Below are positions 1 through 11,920 of a stretch of DNA of 64,000 bases, in pieces. The DNA is from Camelus ferus (Eukaryota): NCBI RefSeq assembly GCF_009834535.1, contig NC_045696.1, forward strand, positions 91,390,001 through 91,454,000, written 5' to 3'. The first letter of the stretch is position 1. Each line of letters starts with the position of its first letter. Made by a program: the position numbers and the translations under genes. The notes beneath the pieces were generated by a model. It worked only from the letters and a program-made list of their open reading frames with translations, ran no database searches and was not told the DNA's origin.

Positions 1-128
1 AAACCTGAGGCACAGAGTGCTAAGTAGTGTGGCTATGCTGACGTAGCTGGTAAGTGGTAAAACTGGGGTTTGAAACTGGGCACTCTGGCTGCAGAAGCCA
101 CACCCTTAACCAGCACACTGCATTGCCT
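1..128 (-). mobile_element. MIR SINE fragment
   Basis: ctgaggcacagag...gctggtaagtgg...ggggtttgaaactggg core. Confidence 0.8.
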
Positions 129-2823
129 CTTAATGGTAGAAGAACCCCCGGATTTGGCTAAAAGAGCTGGAATTCAGTTTGTTTATTACTAGTAAGCTGT
201 GTAGCTTTTTATGAATCCCACGATCTCTCCAAGCTTTACAGTTATCTGTCAAAGTCTCTTCCATTTCCCTCCTAATATTCTCCAAGTCGGTAAGCAGCAA
301 CTATGTAGCACTTGAGAAGAGCTGTGCAGACCAAAGATATGCTTAAAAATTCTCACATTATCCACATGCTTATAAATACTATTTAAGCCATAACAGAAAC
401 CTTTAAGGAAGAGTGAATTCTTCCAACAGGCTGGATGAAGAACATTTCTGCTATTACACACTTAAGAGACTTTCAAACTTGAGGGTTGAGAGCTCAGTAA
501 ACTCCCGCCTCTGTCTACCTCCAGGTCACATGGTCAATCAGGGAGCTGGAGATGCTGCAGTGAAGAGCTTCTAGGTATCTTTGGGAAAGGATGTGCTAGA
601 ACCTTTGACAGGTGAACTCTGCTTTATTCTAACCTCATATATGTATAAAAGACTAGATGAAGAAAGAATGTTTAAAACCTAAGTTAGGGCTAGGTAGACA
701 CTGCTTTAAAAAGCAAACTGTCAGAGCATTTAAAGACTAACTGGTGAATAGACGGAACTTGCAGGAACCAAATGTCCATGCAAAGTGTGGTAAACTAAGT
801 TAACCACCTGCAAGTGGCTGAGGGCCAGTTTCCATCCCCCCCAAATAAAGTAGATGTGGTCCTTATCCTTTAGAAATAGTCAAAGAAGATATTGAAATTC
901 AGAAAACCCTATAATAGTAACTAATACAGAAGCACAAAATTGGTCTTATCATACTTTGGTATTAACTTTTTCACTGAATAATTTGAATCTCTGAAGATTT
1001 TTTAAAAATGAATTTTTAATGAGGCATTCTTTTTTCAAGTGAAATTGATAGGTGCATGCTTTTCTAGCTATGTTATTTAAATCAAAGATCATGGAACAAA
1101 AGATCACCATATACATGGGCATTTGAGATATTCTCTGTAATGTTTCAGTAAAGTAGTGTTTGAGAGGGAGCCTACTGCAATCTAATTAACTGATTTCCTG
1201 TTTAAATAAGCCCAGGCAGTCAGGATTGCATTCCAAAGCCTTCCTTGATTGCCTCTTAGAGAACCAGCTTCCCCTGTAGGCTGCACTGGTTATGTGAGTT
1301 CATGGAGTGGAACTGCATGCTGGCAGGGTTTTTTTTGTGGCATCTTTTGGAGGCCAGTGATTGAGGCCCTTGATATGTCTTTAAAATGTCAGAAACTCTC
1401 TCATGAAATGGCTTTTAACTAATAGGTTTTTCTGATTATATTATCAAAGACCAAGCAGAATTAAAACCAGGTTCTTAAGAGGCCGACAACAGAATGATTA
1501 GGAATCCCTTAGGAGCCAAGCTGGCAGGAAACCAAGAGAGGAGAAATCAAAGCATGTGGGTAAAACTAATGTGGATGTAATAAGAAATTAACACTTTAAA
1601 ATTCAGAAAAACATTCCTCTTCTGCTCTAGCTAGTATACAGAGGTAAAGGTGAAAATTAGTGTAATTCTTCAGTTTTTCTGGTATGTGATATGCACAATG
1701 ATTCTATGTTGTTTGCAAAAGACAAGAAATTCCATCCATTAAAACAGCCAAAGAATTATAATTTGTCTTCTTGCCACTTACATTGAGGATCTATTGTATA
1801 TTTGTTTTTAGGGGTTTTCCCCCTCTGAAGCCCTATTTAATATATATTTTTTAAATGCTCTGTACTGATAAACCATCCTCAAATATTTAGGAAAGACAAA
1901 TATGATATTCTGGTATGCTTACTGCAATTTTAAATGAAACGTGCTTGATTCTTTCTCCTACCCCATCCAATAAGAGTTGTTTTATTGGACATATAAGAAA
2001 GGATGGCACTATTTGTAATTGCTTTCTGTTCAAAGGATGCTCAGGAAAAGTGTAAGTTATATTTTCTTATCTAGGACACAGATTTTCTAATACAACTGAC
2101 AAATGATAGTTACATCATTATTTCTTAGAAATTTTGACTTACAAAGGAGTGTTATGTGACTCCAAATCTTTCCTTTATTTCTTTGAAATGTATTATGTTT
2201 GGCCCACTTGTGTTTGCATAACAGGAGACTTTGACAAGTTGCATCTGGTTTGAACTGCCTCTGTCCTGTTTCACCCTGATCCTCCATATCCCTGGGGTGG
2301 CCCGAGGTACCAATTGGCTCTCACATCTGACTGTCCCACTTTGGATTCGTCAGCTGCTCGTGGTTTATTCCAAATCTCACATCCTCGGGCCTCCACTCTC
2401 GCGCTCATTTCACAGAACCAGCGCTGAGGATACACCCCTCAGGAGATCAGATTCAGCCTCAAGTCTCTGGTTCAGCCCAGAGATTGGAAAACATACCTAA
2501 AAATTAGGCTGGCCCCTGAAATAGTGCGGGGAACCAGAGCTCCCCTAAAAAGAGAGGCAGGCTAAAATTAGAAGAAGTGGAAATCCCTAACGGAGGGAAG
2601 CTGGACATCGAGAGAGGTCAGGGTTATAACGGGCCAATAGAGCTCCTGCAATGCCTGGTCGGATCGTGTGTCAGTTCGGGGGCCCTTTACGTGTATTTCA
2701 AGACTGTGATGGTTACATGCACAGCTATCTTCTGGGTTGCTCGGTACTGGAGACTACTTTTGAAAGCAACTTTTCCGCCTTAAATGGTGTGTCCGACCTC
2801 TGTGATTGTGCGTGGAGAAGCAG

Positions 2824-2827
<4 letters not shown>

Positions 2828-2860
<33 letters not shown>

Positions 2861-2916
2861 TGTGTGTGTCTGTGTGTGTGTGTCTGTGTGTGTGTGTGTG
2901 TGTCTGTGTGTGTGTG
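2828..2916. repeat. (TG)n microsatellite interrupted by TC, in PTX3 intron 2
   Basis: Read directly from the sequence. Confidence 0.97.
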
Positions 2917-2959
2917 TTTCCTCCCACTAAAGCCTCCCCTTGAGAGTTGATGATTCGGC

Positions 2960-3450
2960 TTCCCACACCGCGCGCTCCGAGAACAAAGCCGCGCGGGGTT
3001 CCCCGCCCGACCGGGGGTCCTTACCTGCCGGCAGCCAGCGCCCGGCCGCCCAGTCCCGCACCGCTCGGAGGTCCGCCCGCGTCCGCCGCAGCTCCTCAAG
3101 CACCGCGCTCAGGGCCCGCCCCTCCTCCTGCTGCGGCCGCGGCATCCCGGCTTCCTCCAGACGCGCCAGCCTGCGTCCGGCATCGCGGCTCGCCTGCAGC
3201 AGCTCGTCCAGCGCCCGGGCCAGCCTGGCCTCTGCGGGGGCCGCCGGTGCGCACGGCCTCCCCAGGCTGCTCGCCAGCCGGCCAAGCTCGGCCCGCAGGT
3301 TCTGCAACTCCCCGCGGAAGACGTCGTCGGTGGCCTGCAGCAGCATGCCCTCCCGCATCTGCGAGTTCTCCAGCATGATGAAGAGCTTGTCCCACTCGGA
3401 GTGATCCCGATTGCAGTCGCATGGCGTGGCTAGAGAGCGGGACATACATG
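2960..3450. promoter_or_regulatory. CpG island over PTX3 exon 2
   Basis: Very GC-rich and CpG-dense segment in an otherwise CpG-depleted window. Confidence 0.9.
3025..3429 (-). CDS. PTX3: Pentraxin-3 exon 2 (N-terminal coiled-coil domain); exon 3 is outside the window
   Basis: Acceptor ctctctag|CC and donor GCAG|gtaagg; 405 nt, phase 1-1. Encodes (P)TPCDCNRDHSEWDKLFIMLENSQMREGMLLQATDD...RWLPA(G). I found no exon-3 sequence (GCETAILFP...) in 1-3024. Confidence 0.98.
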
Positions 3451-3888
3451 TTACCAACCCTCCCAGGCCTTCCTTGGGTGTGCTTTGTAAAAAGCCGACC
3501 TCCCTCAGGGGTCCCAAGTTACAGCCCGTCCCCAGCACCCGCTTCCCTATTAAGGACACCTCCAAAAAAAACAACGTGTAGATATCGCTAGCATGACAGA
3601 AACCACGCAGGTATATATTAAGTTGAACTTCATGAAATTGCCGTTCGTGGAGCTCAAAACAGGCGAGTATGGGCAATTTCCTATGGTTCGACCCATTAGT
3701 ATGTATGACAGAAAAAAACTTTTTGAAACCTCCCCCTTTCCTAACGTGCTTCTCTCTTTTGTAAAACAAACTAATTTCGGGGGGGGGGTGTTATTTCATT
3801 GGCTACTATATATATATATAAAACATTTAGACCCAACGAGGTGGATATGTAATTAGGGTTAGCAGAGAAACAGTTAAAATGAACTTAC

Positions 3889-4018
3889 GGTCCTCAGTGG
3901 GATGGAGTCCATTGTCTATTTCGTTGTCCAAATTCACATACATGAGCTCATAATCATCCGAGTTCTCGGCCGACACTGCAGACCAGAGAACACAAAACAG
4001 AATCACAGGGAGATGCAT
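3889..4018 (-). CDS. PTX3: Pentraxin-3 coding exon 1 (signal peptide and start of N-terminal domain)
   Basis: The ATG at 4018 gives MHLPVILFCVLWSAVSAENSDDYELMYVNLDNEIDNGLHPTED, matching the recalled PTX3 N-terminus. The CDS part is 130 nt and ends at the donor C|gtaagt (3888 on the minus strand). Confidence 0.98.
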
Positions 4019-4170
4019 TGCTGGAGAGACAAAGTTCTTCCCTCGGCTGGCGGGAGGGAACGAGGCAAGAAGCTCTCAAGTGAGCAGAGGAGAGCAGAGA
4101 AGAGTGAGAGTGAGAGGCAGGAGCCGAGAGCCCTCAATAAATACTGGGGAAAGTCTGAATGGGGATGAAT
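4019..4170 (-). other. PTX3: PTX3 5' UTR (approximate TSS near 4170)
   Basis: The minus strand reads attcatccccattcagactttccccagtatttattg...ctctccagcaATG, resembling the recalled human PTX3 5' UTR. The TSS position is inferred. Confidence 0.75.
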
Positions 4171-4250
4171 GAGTAATGCCAGTGGCACCGCGTTAACGGG
4201 AGTTCCCCTGTATTGGGTGAGGGGAGGGGGCTGGGGGGGGGAAGGGTGAA
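4170..4250 (-). promoter_or_regulatory. PTX3 proximal promoter: NF-kB site, AP-1-like site, GC-rich Sp1-type boxes
   Basis: GGGAGTTCCC at 4198-4207 fits GGGRNNYYCC. TGAGTAA lies at 4170-4176 and G-runs at about 4220-4246. The PTX3 promoter is known to be NF-kB/AP-1/Sp1 regulated. Confidence 0.85.
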
Positions 4251-7014
4251 GGAGACGTGGATGTTGCACAATAGTAAACCACAAAGGTTTACACTGAAGT
4301 CAGATTAATTGAAGGAGGGTCAGAGGGGAAAGAACGGGGGAAACTGGGCCAGGATTGTCCCCCTGAGGATTAGCTGTTGTAACTTGAATTGGTAGCACTG
4401 AGGGATGAGAGAGAGAGGAGGGGGGTTATGGGGAGAAATAATTCAGCAGGCACAGAGGTATGAAAGCAAGAGCATCATTTCAGCATTTTGTGAGGGCTCT
4501 CATTATTTCACAATTCTTTATGTATAGAAAACTTTTTTCACTTTTTCTTTGTACATAGTTTTACAGTCTAAGCTGTAAAGGTTACTCTGATTTCAAGATA
4601 AACCAACGCAGTAAGAATTTGTATGGCTCTAGAAGCCAAGTCCATTCCAAATTATCCCATCTTTAATCCTTCTGGAGTTGCAACTGTACTTCTATAAACA
4701 TACTTTTTTTTTTATAACAAACAGAAAAACTGGTAAACCTAAAATGAGGAGCTGGGAGGAAAAGAATAAACTGATTTTAAGCGTGTTTCTTTTTATAACC
4801 TGGTATTATATGGAAATTATATTATTTCACTAGGCTTAGAGTCATAGATCATGTTTTTAAATTTAGAAATTCTTGTTTATGCCAATATATAGAGATCTAC
4901 ATAAGCTGAAAACTGTCCTGAACAAAACACCTAGACATATGTTTACCTTAGAATAATAATAAAAACTTTAAATGTACAAATATACTCTCAATAAAGTAAG
5001 GGAAATATCCAGAGGCCAAAGATAGGGAACCCAAAACAGACCAATAAGCCTAAGAGCTGGTGCTAGGCATCCCCTGGAGGGGAGGTGGAGTCGGGGAGAG
5101 GATATCAGTTCTGCAACAACCAAGCATTAATAGCCATGTGGGAGAAGGCTTAGGCCAGAGTAGGGAGTTACAGATTCGATTTCAGTAGCTATAGCTCCCA
5201 CTCTTTGCCCTGGCACAAGAAAGTGAGAAGTAGGTATGTCTCTTTGATTGAATTCTGCAGAGTCTCTAAGAGTTTGTGACTTTGGCCCTGTCCTTATACA
5301 TGTTTGAGATTCAAATGAATACTATCTGTAACAGTAAAAATACCTAATTAAATATATTTATTTAAACATGTGAGGAAACAATCCACCATAAATGAGACCC
5401 AGCAGAAACCAAAAGGGATTAGATACCCCTCTCTCAAGAATTTCATTTATTTAAAATATCAGCTAGAAGCTAGAAAATAAGTGTGTTTAAAATTATTTAA
5501 GATCTACAAGAGGGAATTGGAAACATTAAAAAAGAAAAAGACACTGTCAAAAGAAAAAGATTAGGCCTATATGTTTAAAGAACCAAATATAATTTCTGGA
5601 ATTAAAAAAAAAAGTTAATTGAAATTGTAAAACACCTCGAGGAATGGATTAAATGGCAAATTAGGCAAAGCTGAAGAGACTATTAAGGAACTGAAAGAAA
5701 GGTCTAAGAAAATAATCCAAAATCTACTCTGTAAATTCAGCAAAGTATTCTCAAATCATTTCTTTGATCAGAATGATAGCAAAATTGATTTTTCTTTGTT
5801 AGTTCAAGGATGTTTATATTTTAAAGGACAACTACCAAAACCAAAAGGAAATAAAATGTCCAAATAGAAGGTATAGAGTGAGTTTTAAAAAAAAAAGCTT
5901 GATTTATTCAACAGAAAGTAGTGAAGAAAGGAAGAAAAGCATAGACAAAGCAAGGAAATAAAAAGCATAGCATAACATAAAATAAAAACAAATATACCAG
6001 TAATCACCATAAATATTAATGAAACAAACTTTCCAGTTAAGAGACAAAGATTGTTATATAGAAATATTTTTTAAGTTCAACTACATGTCACTTACAAGAG
6101 TTGCACATAAAATATAAGAATCTAGAAATCTTGAAAACAAAATTTAAAAGTGGTGAGAGAATATACCAAACAAGTGCTATTTAAAAAAGGTTGCATAGCT
6201 ATATAAATATCAGCCAAAAATAGACTTTAAGGCAAAGAGAATAATTATGATAAAAGAAACACTTTACCAGGAAGATAGCTCAGAATTATCTGATAACAAA
6301 GTTTCAAAAAATATATACCTAAAATTGACAAACTTATAAGGGAAAATGAACAAATCCATAATCATAAAGGGAGATTTTAATACACTTCTCATAACTGATA
6401 AGTCCATTTCTGTCTTAACTGATCATTCAAATGCCAAAAAAACTGCTAAAGGATACAGAAATTTAAACTACATAATTTAAAGTTTGATGTAATGAAATAT
6501 ATACAGCATCGCCCAAAAGGTTTGATAAGCAAATTCTACCAAACAAGGAACACATAATCCCCATTTTATATAAACTACCTCTGATACTAGAGTGCAGGAA
6601 TGCACTAAATTCTTTTTATATGTCTAGTAAATATGATACCAAAAAGAGACAAGGACAGTACAAGAAAGGAAAACTGTAAGCCAGTCTCATTTAGGAATAT
6701 AGATGCAAAAGCTCTAAATAAAATATTAGATCCAAAAGGATCCAGCAGTGTATTCATAAAAATAATCATAATCGAGTTCGGAGTATGCCAAGAGAACAAG
6801 ATTGATTAAACATTAGACTTCATTAATTTATTACATTAGCAATTTAAAGAGGAAATCATATGGTTATGTCAACAGATACAGAAAAATCATTTAATAAAAT
6901 TCAGCACTCATTCATGTTCAAACTAGGGAAAAGACAGGAACTTAAACTAATAAAATGTGAATACCAAAAATGTACAGAAACATACATACATTATGGTGAA
7001 TACTTAGAAACATA

Positions 7015-7183
7015 TTTTTAATTGAAGTATAGTCAGTTTACAATACATCAATTATTTCTGGTGCACAGCATAATGTATTAGTCATACATATACAGACATA
7101 TATTCGTTTTCATATTTTTCATTATAGGTTACTATAAGATATTATAGTTCCTTGTGCTATACAGTGTAAACTTGTTTATCTAG
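7015..7183 (-). mobile_element. Short young L1 3' end, antisense, nested in the old L1
   Basis: ttttaattgaagtatagtcagtttacaat... is the reverse complement of the L1 tail type seen at about 47700 and 56170. Confidence 0.85.
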
Positions 7184-7323
7184 TTGCTTTCTTAATACAG
7201 CAGATGAATAGAAAATAACTTTAAAAAAATAAAAACTTTCATTTACAATAGCAACAACAAATATGGAATACCTAAGAATGAATTTAATGAAAGATATATG
7301 AGGCACAGCTAATACCACAAAAC

Positions 7324-7516
7324 TTTTTTTTTTTAATTGAAGTACCATTAGTTACCATGTGTAGATTTCTGGTGCGCAGCACAATGTCCCAGTCATGCAT
7401 ATAAATGAATATATGCATTTTCATATTTTTTTCATTAAAGTTTATTACAAGATATTGAACACGGTTCCCTGTGCTATATACAGCAGACACTGTTTTAAAA
7501 TCCATTTTTATAGTAT
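7324..7516 (-). mobile_element. Second short young L1 3' end, antisense, with TSD
   Basis: Poly(T) followed by aattgaagtacc...; cacaaaacttt occurs at 7316-7326 and 7517-7527. Confidence 0.85.
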
Positions 7517-8461
7517 CACAAAACTTTGAAAGACATAAAAAACTTACATAGAAAAATAGATCATGTACTTGTATGAGAAGACTCAGTTTCAGAGATGTCA
7601 GTTATCCCAAATTAGTCTATATATTCAATGTGAAAAAAAAATCCTACCCTAGTTTTTCAAGGAATTTAACAAACTAATGGTAGCATTTATATAAAGGAGC
7701 CAAGAGGAATTTGAAGTAGAAGATGAAGAAATTTGCCCTATGAGATATAATGATTTATTGTAAGTTATTATAATTAAGAAAATGTATAATTGGTGAAGGT
7801 ATGATAAATAGTCAGAAACAGACCCAGATGCATGGAAAACTTTATATATAAAAGAGATAGTACAGATTAGAAAGGAAACAACTGGCCACTCAAATTGATA
7901 TGGGACATTTGTTTATATACACACAAATATATGTTATCGTTAGATCCCTTCCTCATATGTACAAAAGTAAAGTCCAGATGGATTAAAGACAAACATAAAA
8001 ACAAAGCCATAATGCTTTTAGGAGAAAATATAGGAGAATATTTTTATGAACGTAGGGTAGAGAAAGATTTCTCAATAACAAAAAATATATAAACCATGAA
8101 GTAAAGAAATTTAAAAATCAACTCCATTAAGATTGCAACTTTAAAACTGATAGACCCCAAAATCTGTGCCCAGAATAAATAAGGAACTTCTACGAATCAG
8201 TAAGAAAACAGACATCACAATCGGAATAGGCAAAGGATATGAATGGCCAGGTCATGGCAGAGGAAATAACCTGAAAACATATAAAAAGGATGCTGAGTCT
8301 CACAAGTAATTAAAGAAATGAAAATTAAAACAAGATATGAGATATCATCTCACACCCCATCAGCCTGGCGAAAACCAGTGTCTGTCAAGACCAAATGTTG
8401 GCAAAGATGCAGAGCAACAGAAACACTCTTGTTCCTAGTGGGTATGTAAACTTATAATCAC

Positions 8462-8865
8462 GGTGGTAGGCATACTAATGATCCCCCAAAGATGTCCACA
8501 TCTTTGCCCAGATGGGCCCGCTGTCATCACAAGGATTCTTAAAAGTGGAAGAGAGGCAGAAGAGATATTCAGATGAAGAGGTATGGTGAAGGAAACGGAG
8601 TCAGAGAGATGCTATGTTGCTGACTTTGAAAATGGAGGAAGGAGCCCCCAAACCAAGGATTGCTGGGTAGAAGCTAGAAAAACCAAAAAACAGATTCCTT
8701 CCTCCAACCTCCAGGAAGTAACCCAGGCCTTCCAATACCTGGAGTTTAGACTGGTGAGACTCATGTCAAGCTTCTGTGTTATAGAAATTTAAGATAATAA
8801 GCTTGAGTTATTTGGGGCTACAAGTTTTTGGTAATTTCTTATGGCAACTATAGAAAACTATTACA
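8462..8865 (+). mobile_element. MaLR solo LTR (MLT1D-like) nested in the old L1
   Basis: Starts gtggtaggca...cccccaaagatgtccacatc and ends gtaatttcttatggcaactatagaaaactattaca. Confidence 0.8.
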
Positions 8866-8924
8866 ACTATGTTGCAAAGAAATTTTGGAACATCTAGAAA
8901 CTTAAGTCCCAGGGACAAACCCAC

Positions 8925-9076
8925 TGCTTTGCTACTTAATTATGTGGTCTCGAGACTATCAGCATCACCTGAGAGCTTGTTAGAAATTCAGATTCTCAAG
9001 CCCTGCTGAGTCAGTATCTGTGTGTTTTAACAGTTTGCCCAGGTAATTTCTAAGCACATTAATCTCAGAAGCAGTA
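8925..9076. mobile_element. MER5A-like hAT-Charlie MITE
   Basis: cagcatcacctgagagcttgttagaaattcagattctc core. Confidence 0.75.
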
Positions 9077-9675
9077 CCCAAGGGAGTATCTCCCATTTAT
9101 GCAGAAAGAAATAGGTATAAAAATTGCAGTACTACTGATGAAAGCACATCATAACAATAATAATAATAATAAAAATCTTTCAACCATAGAGTGTATGAAT
9201 AAATTTTTGCATATTTATACAATGGAATTCCATACAGCTGTGAGAATAAATGAAGGAGAGCTTCTTAAATATAAAATTTCAACATAATGTTGATGGGGGT
9301 GGAGAACTATGTTGCACAGAGATATAGACAATATGATACTATTGATATGAAATTTTAAAGCACATAAAACAACACTATAAATGCTTATTATATAAACACA
9401 TGCAATTAAAGTGTAAAATGATAAAGGTGATAAATACCAATTTCAGGATAGTGGCTGCCTCTGGGGAGAAAAGGAAATGAATGGGATGGGAAGCACTTAT
9501 GACACAAGGTTAACTTTTGACAAAGCTGGTTGGTAGGCACACCTGTGGTCCTTATATTATTGCCTACATTTGTCTAATGGCTTGAAATATTTCATAATTA
9601 AAAAGAGCATATTAGCTTATGAATGAAATTTATGGGATTTCTACACCGAGTGTCTTCATCAGTTTCTAATTCAAG

Positions 9676-9726
9676 TACACCAGAAATTGACACAACATTT
9701 TAAACTGACTATACTTCAATAAAAAT
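9676..9726 (+). mobile_element. About 50-bp L1 extreme 3' tail
   Basis: tacaccagaaattgacacaacattttaaactgactatacttcaataaaaa matches the other L1 tails in the window. Confidence 0.75.
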
Positions 9727-11223
9727 ATATATATCCCCCAAATTTTTATTTATTTTTGTGTTATTTGATCAAAAGTCAAGTCAGCTAAAAATGACTAACC
9801 TGAGTTTTCCCCGTTCAAGGTTCCCAGGCCTTCAATGAGCACTGTACTGAAAAACCTTGCACTAGTTGCCTGTCTTCAATTTTAATGACAGTTCCATTCA
9901 TTGTGACCCTTTCCCCCAGTTGATCAGTATGTCTGCATAACTAAGGTCTCTGAGCTAATGGGCCCTGTATAGATAAGGCATTACATTTGTAATTCCTGAT
10001 TTTTTAAGAAAAAGCTCTTAGTAAAAATAAACAGAAAACAAACAAAATAAAACAATATTTTCCACATTTTTAAAGATGAAAACCATGAATATTTTGAATA
10101 CCTTGTACTCTGTGGGCATGTGACTAAAATCTGTTCGAGACTGATTTCATGAGCCATATGCTGAAAAAGCAATTCTCATTATTTATCATCACCCAAATAT
10201 ATTCACTTTGATCCAGAATCACCCTTTCATTAAATTTAGTCATTGTTATTCTAAATATTTTGGCTTTCTTTCCTTAATCCTCATATCTAAATGTCCCTTT
10301 ATATTCAGGCATGTCCCCAATATTTAATAAGTTTCCACATATGTGTAATCACTGCTTATTTGATTCTTTCTCTGTATGTCTTCTATATACCAAGATAAAT
10401 TTAAAGTAAAGAGAGGCAAGAAAATTCTTTTTCAGGAAATCCTTAGAAACAAATTCTGAGACATTTTAGTACTTGAGAGGATTTTTTGAAAAATCCATAC
10501 CATAAAGTGATAAGCAGATGTTTCCCATATGTTGTTTGCAGATAAGTCCCATAGCTTGTCATATTTTTTCTTCAGATTCTGATATTTTAAACCCAGTTGT
10601 CCATACAGGTCTTTGAGGCAAATCACGTGTGACAAATAAACTGAGTCTAAACTTCCCTTGAAATAATACAGAAATTGGGAATTTAAATTTGCATTGCTAC
10701 TTAGTTCTAACTATTCATAAAAACAAGGAATAGTTTCCATATATCAATTGTCTAAATCATGCCTCCATATCTCTTAGGAGCACGAATACATTCCTCTGCA
10801 CTTTTTTGTTGTTGTTGTTCAGTTTCATTTAGATTCATGCTCATAACACTGCTTAGTTTTCATTTAAACAGCATCCAAATATTTCTCGTCAGGAATTCTT
10901 TATCGGAATTGTTTCCTTTTCAAGGGTGTGGTCTGGTTACTGTCAAATTTTCTTTTCCCCATGGTGCATTACTCAGGAAAATTTTTCATTAGATTATAAT
11001 GCTGATCATATCATAAAATATTCACTTTTATGGAATCTATTTAAATCATCCTTTAGTGATTTTTCAGAATAAGGTACCATGTCATTTTTAGCAGGCGATT
11101 TGGCCATCAGTCTGTACTATTTCATATGTGAGGAAGTACAAAATTTATTGCACTGATAATAATGGTATTTCTATTGCTCATGGGCTGATAAAGTCATCAT
11201 TCCCATTTTTGTTCCTTCAACAG

Positions 11224-11390
11224 GTAATGTCATGTTGTTGAGGGTGTTACCTGCTGTGTATGATAAGCAGCCTCAGCCAATTAACAGACACCTGACAGAA
11301 CTCCTAGCCTTGATGTCTCAGCTGGAACAACCAGAACAGTACCATCTTCTACGGCTTTTGCACGTAGCTGCAAAGAGGAAGCAACCAGAG
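11224..11390 (+). CDS. VEPH1: VEPH1 internal coding exon (about exon 5 by analogy with human)
   Basis: ttccttcaacag|GT AAT GTC ATG...CCA GAG|gtaaaa; 167 nt. Encodes (G)[55 protein letters not shown], matching recalled VEPH1/Melted. Confidence 0.95.
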
Positions 11391-11572
11391 GTAAAAAGTG
11401 CATCATATACCTGATGGTCCACACATCTGGGCATATCTCTGGGTATGTGGACAGGATGTGCACTTCAAGTTTCCTCTCTCATGTATCCATGTATACCCAT
11501 CTTTACATGAAAGCAGTCATTCACTTTTTCTAGAATCATGAAAGTGAGGAGGTAGTGGCAGAAGTTGGGTAC

Positions 11573-11920
11573 TGTCCTAGAGTTCTCTAGAGAAACAGAA
11601 CCAATTTTTTACATATATTCTTATATGGAGTTGGCTTGTGTGATTATGAGGCTAAGAAGTCCCACAATCTGCTGTCTGCAAGTCGAGGACCCGAGAGAGT
11701 AAGTGAGTGGTATTGTCCAAGTCCAGGTCCAAGGGTCTAGGACCAGAGGGTTGAGGGTATAAGTCCCAGACCGAGGCCAGGGGAGGACTGATGTCCCAGC
11801 TCAAGCAGTCAAATGCAGATCTTCAACAGATGGGATGAGACCCACTCACACCAGGGCAAGGCTGCAATCTGCTTTCTCTTTCTACTGATTTAGATGCCAG
11901 TCTCATCTTTAGACCCACAG
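11573..11920. mobile_element. MLT2-like ERVL LTR
   Basis: gttctctagagaaacagaaccaat...gctaagaagtcccacaatctgctgtctgcaag signature. Confidence 0.75.

Larger units (their letters stand above)
5380..9605 (+). mobile_element. Ancient degraded L1 (L1M/L1ME-type) spanning ORF1, ORF2 and 3' UTR remnants, with younger nested insertions
   Basis: A-rich tract with recognisable L1 motifs (aaaatagactttaaggcaaa, atagatgcaaaagctctaaataaaatatta, catttacaatagca, gaaatatttcataattaaaaa end). Boundaries are approximate. Confidence 0.8.

Noticed and set aside
2651..3099. VCVC/HTHT-repeat ORFs
   Set aside because: Translations of the (TG)n microsatellite.
2940..3449. Overlapping 117-154 aa ORFs in other frames and strands
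   Set aside because: These are stop-poor shadows of the GC-rich PTX3 exon, low in complexity and with no recognisable homology.
2927..3769. 280-aa minus-strand ORF as a stand-alone gene
   Set aside because: It is PTX3 exon 2 plus open intronic flanks. Canonical splice sites delimit 3025-3429.
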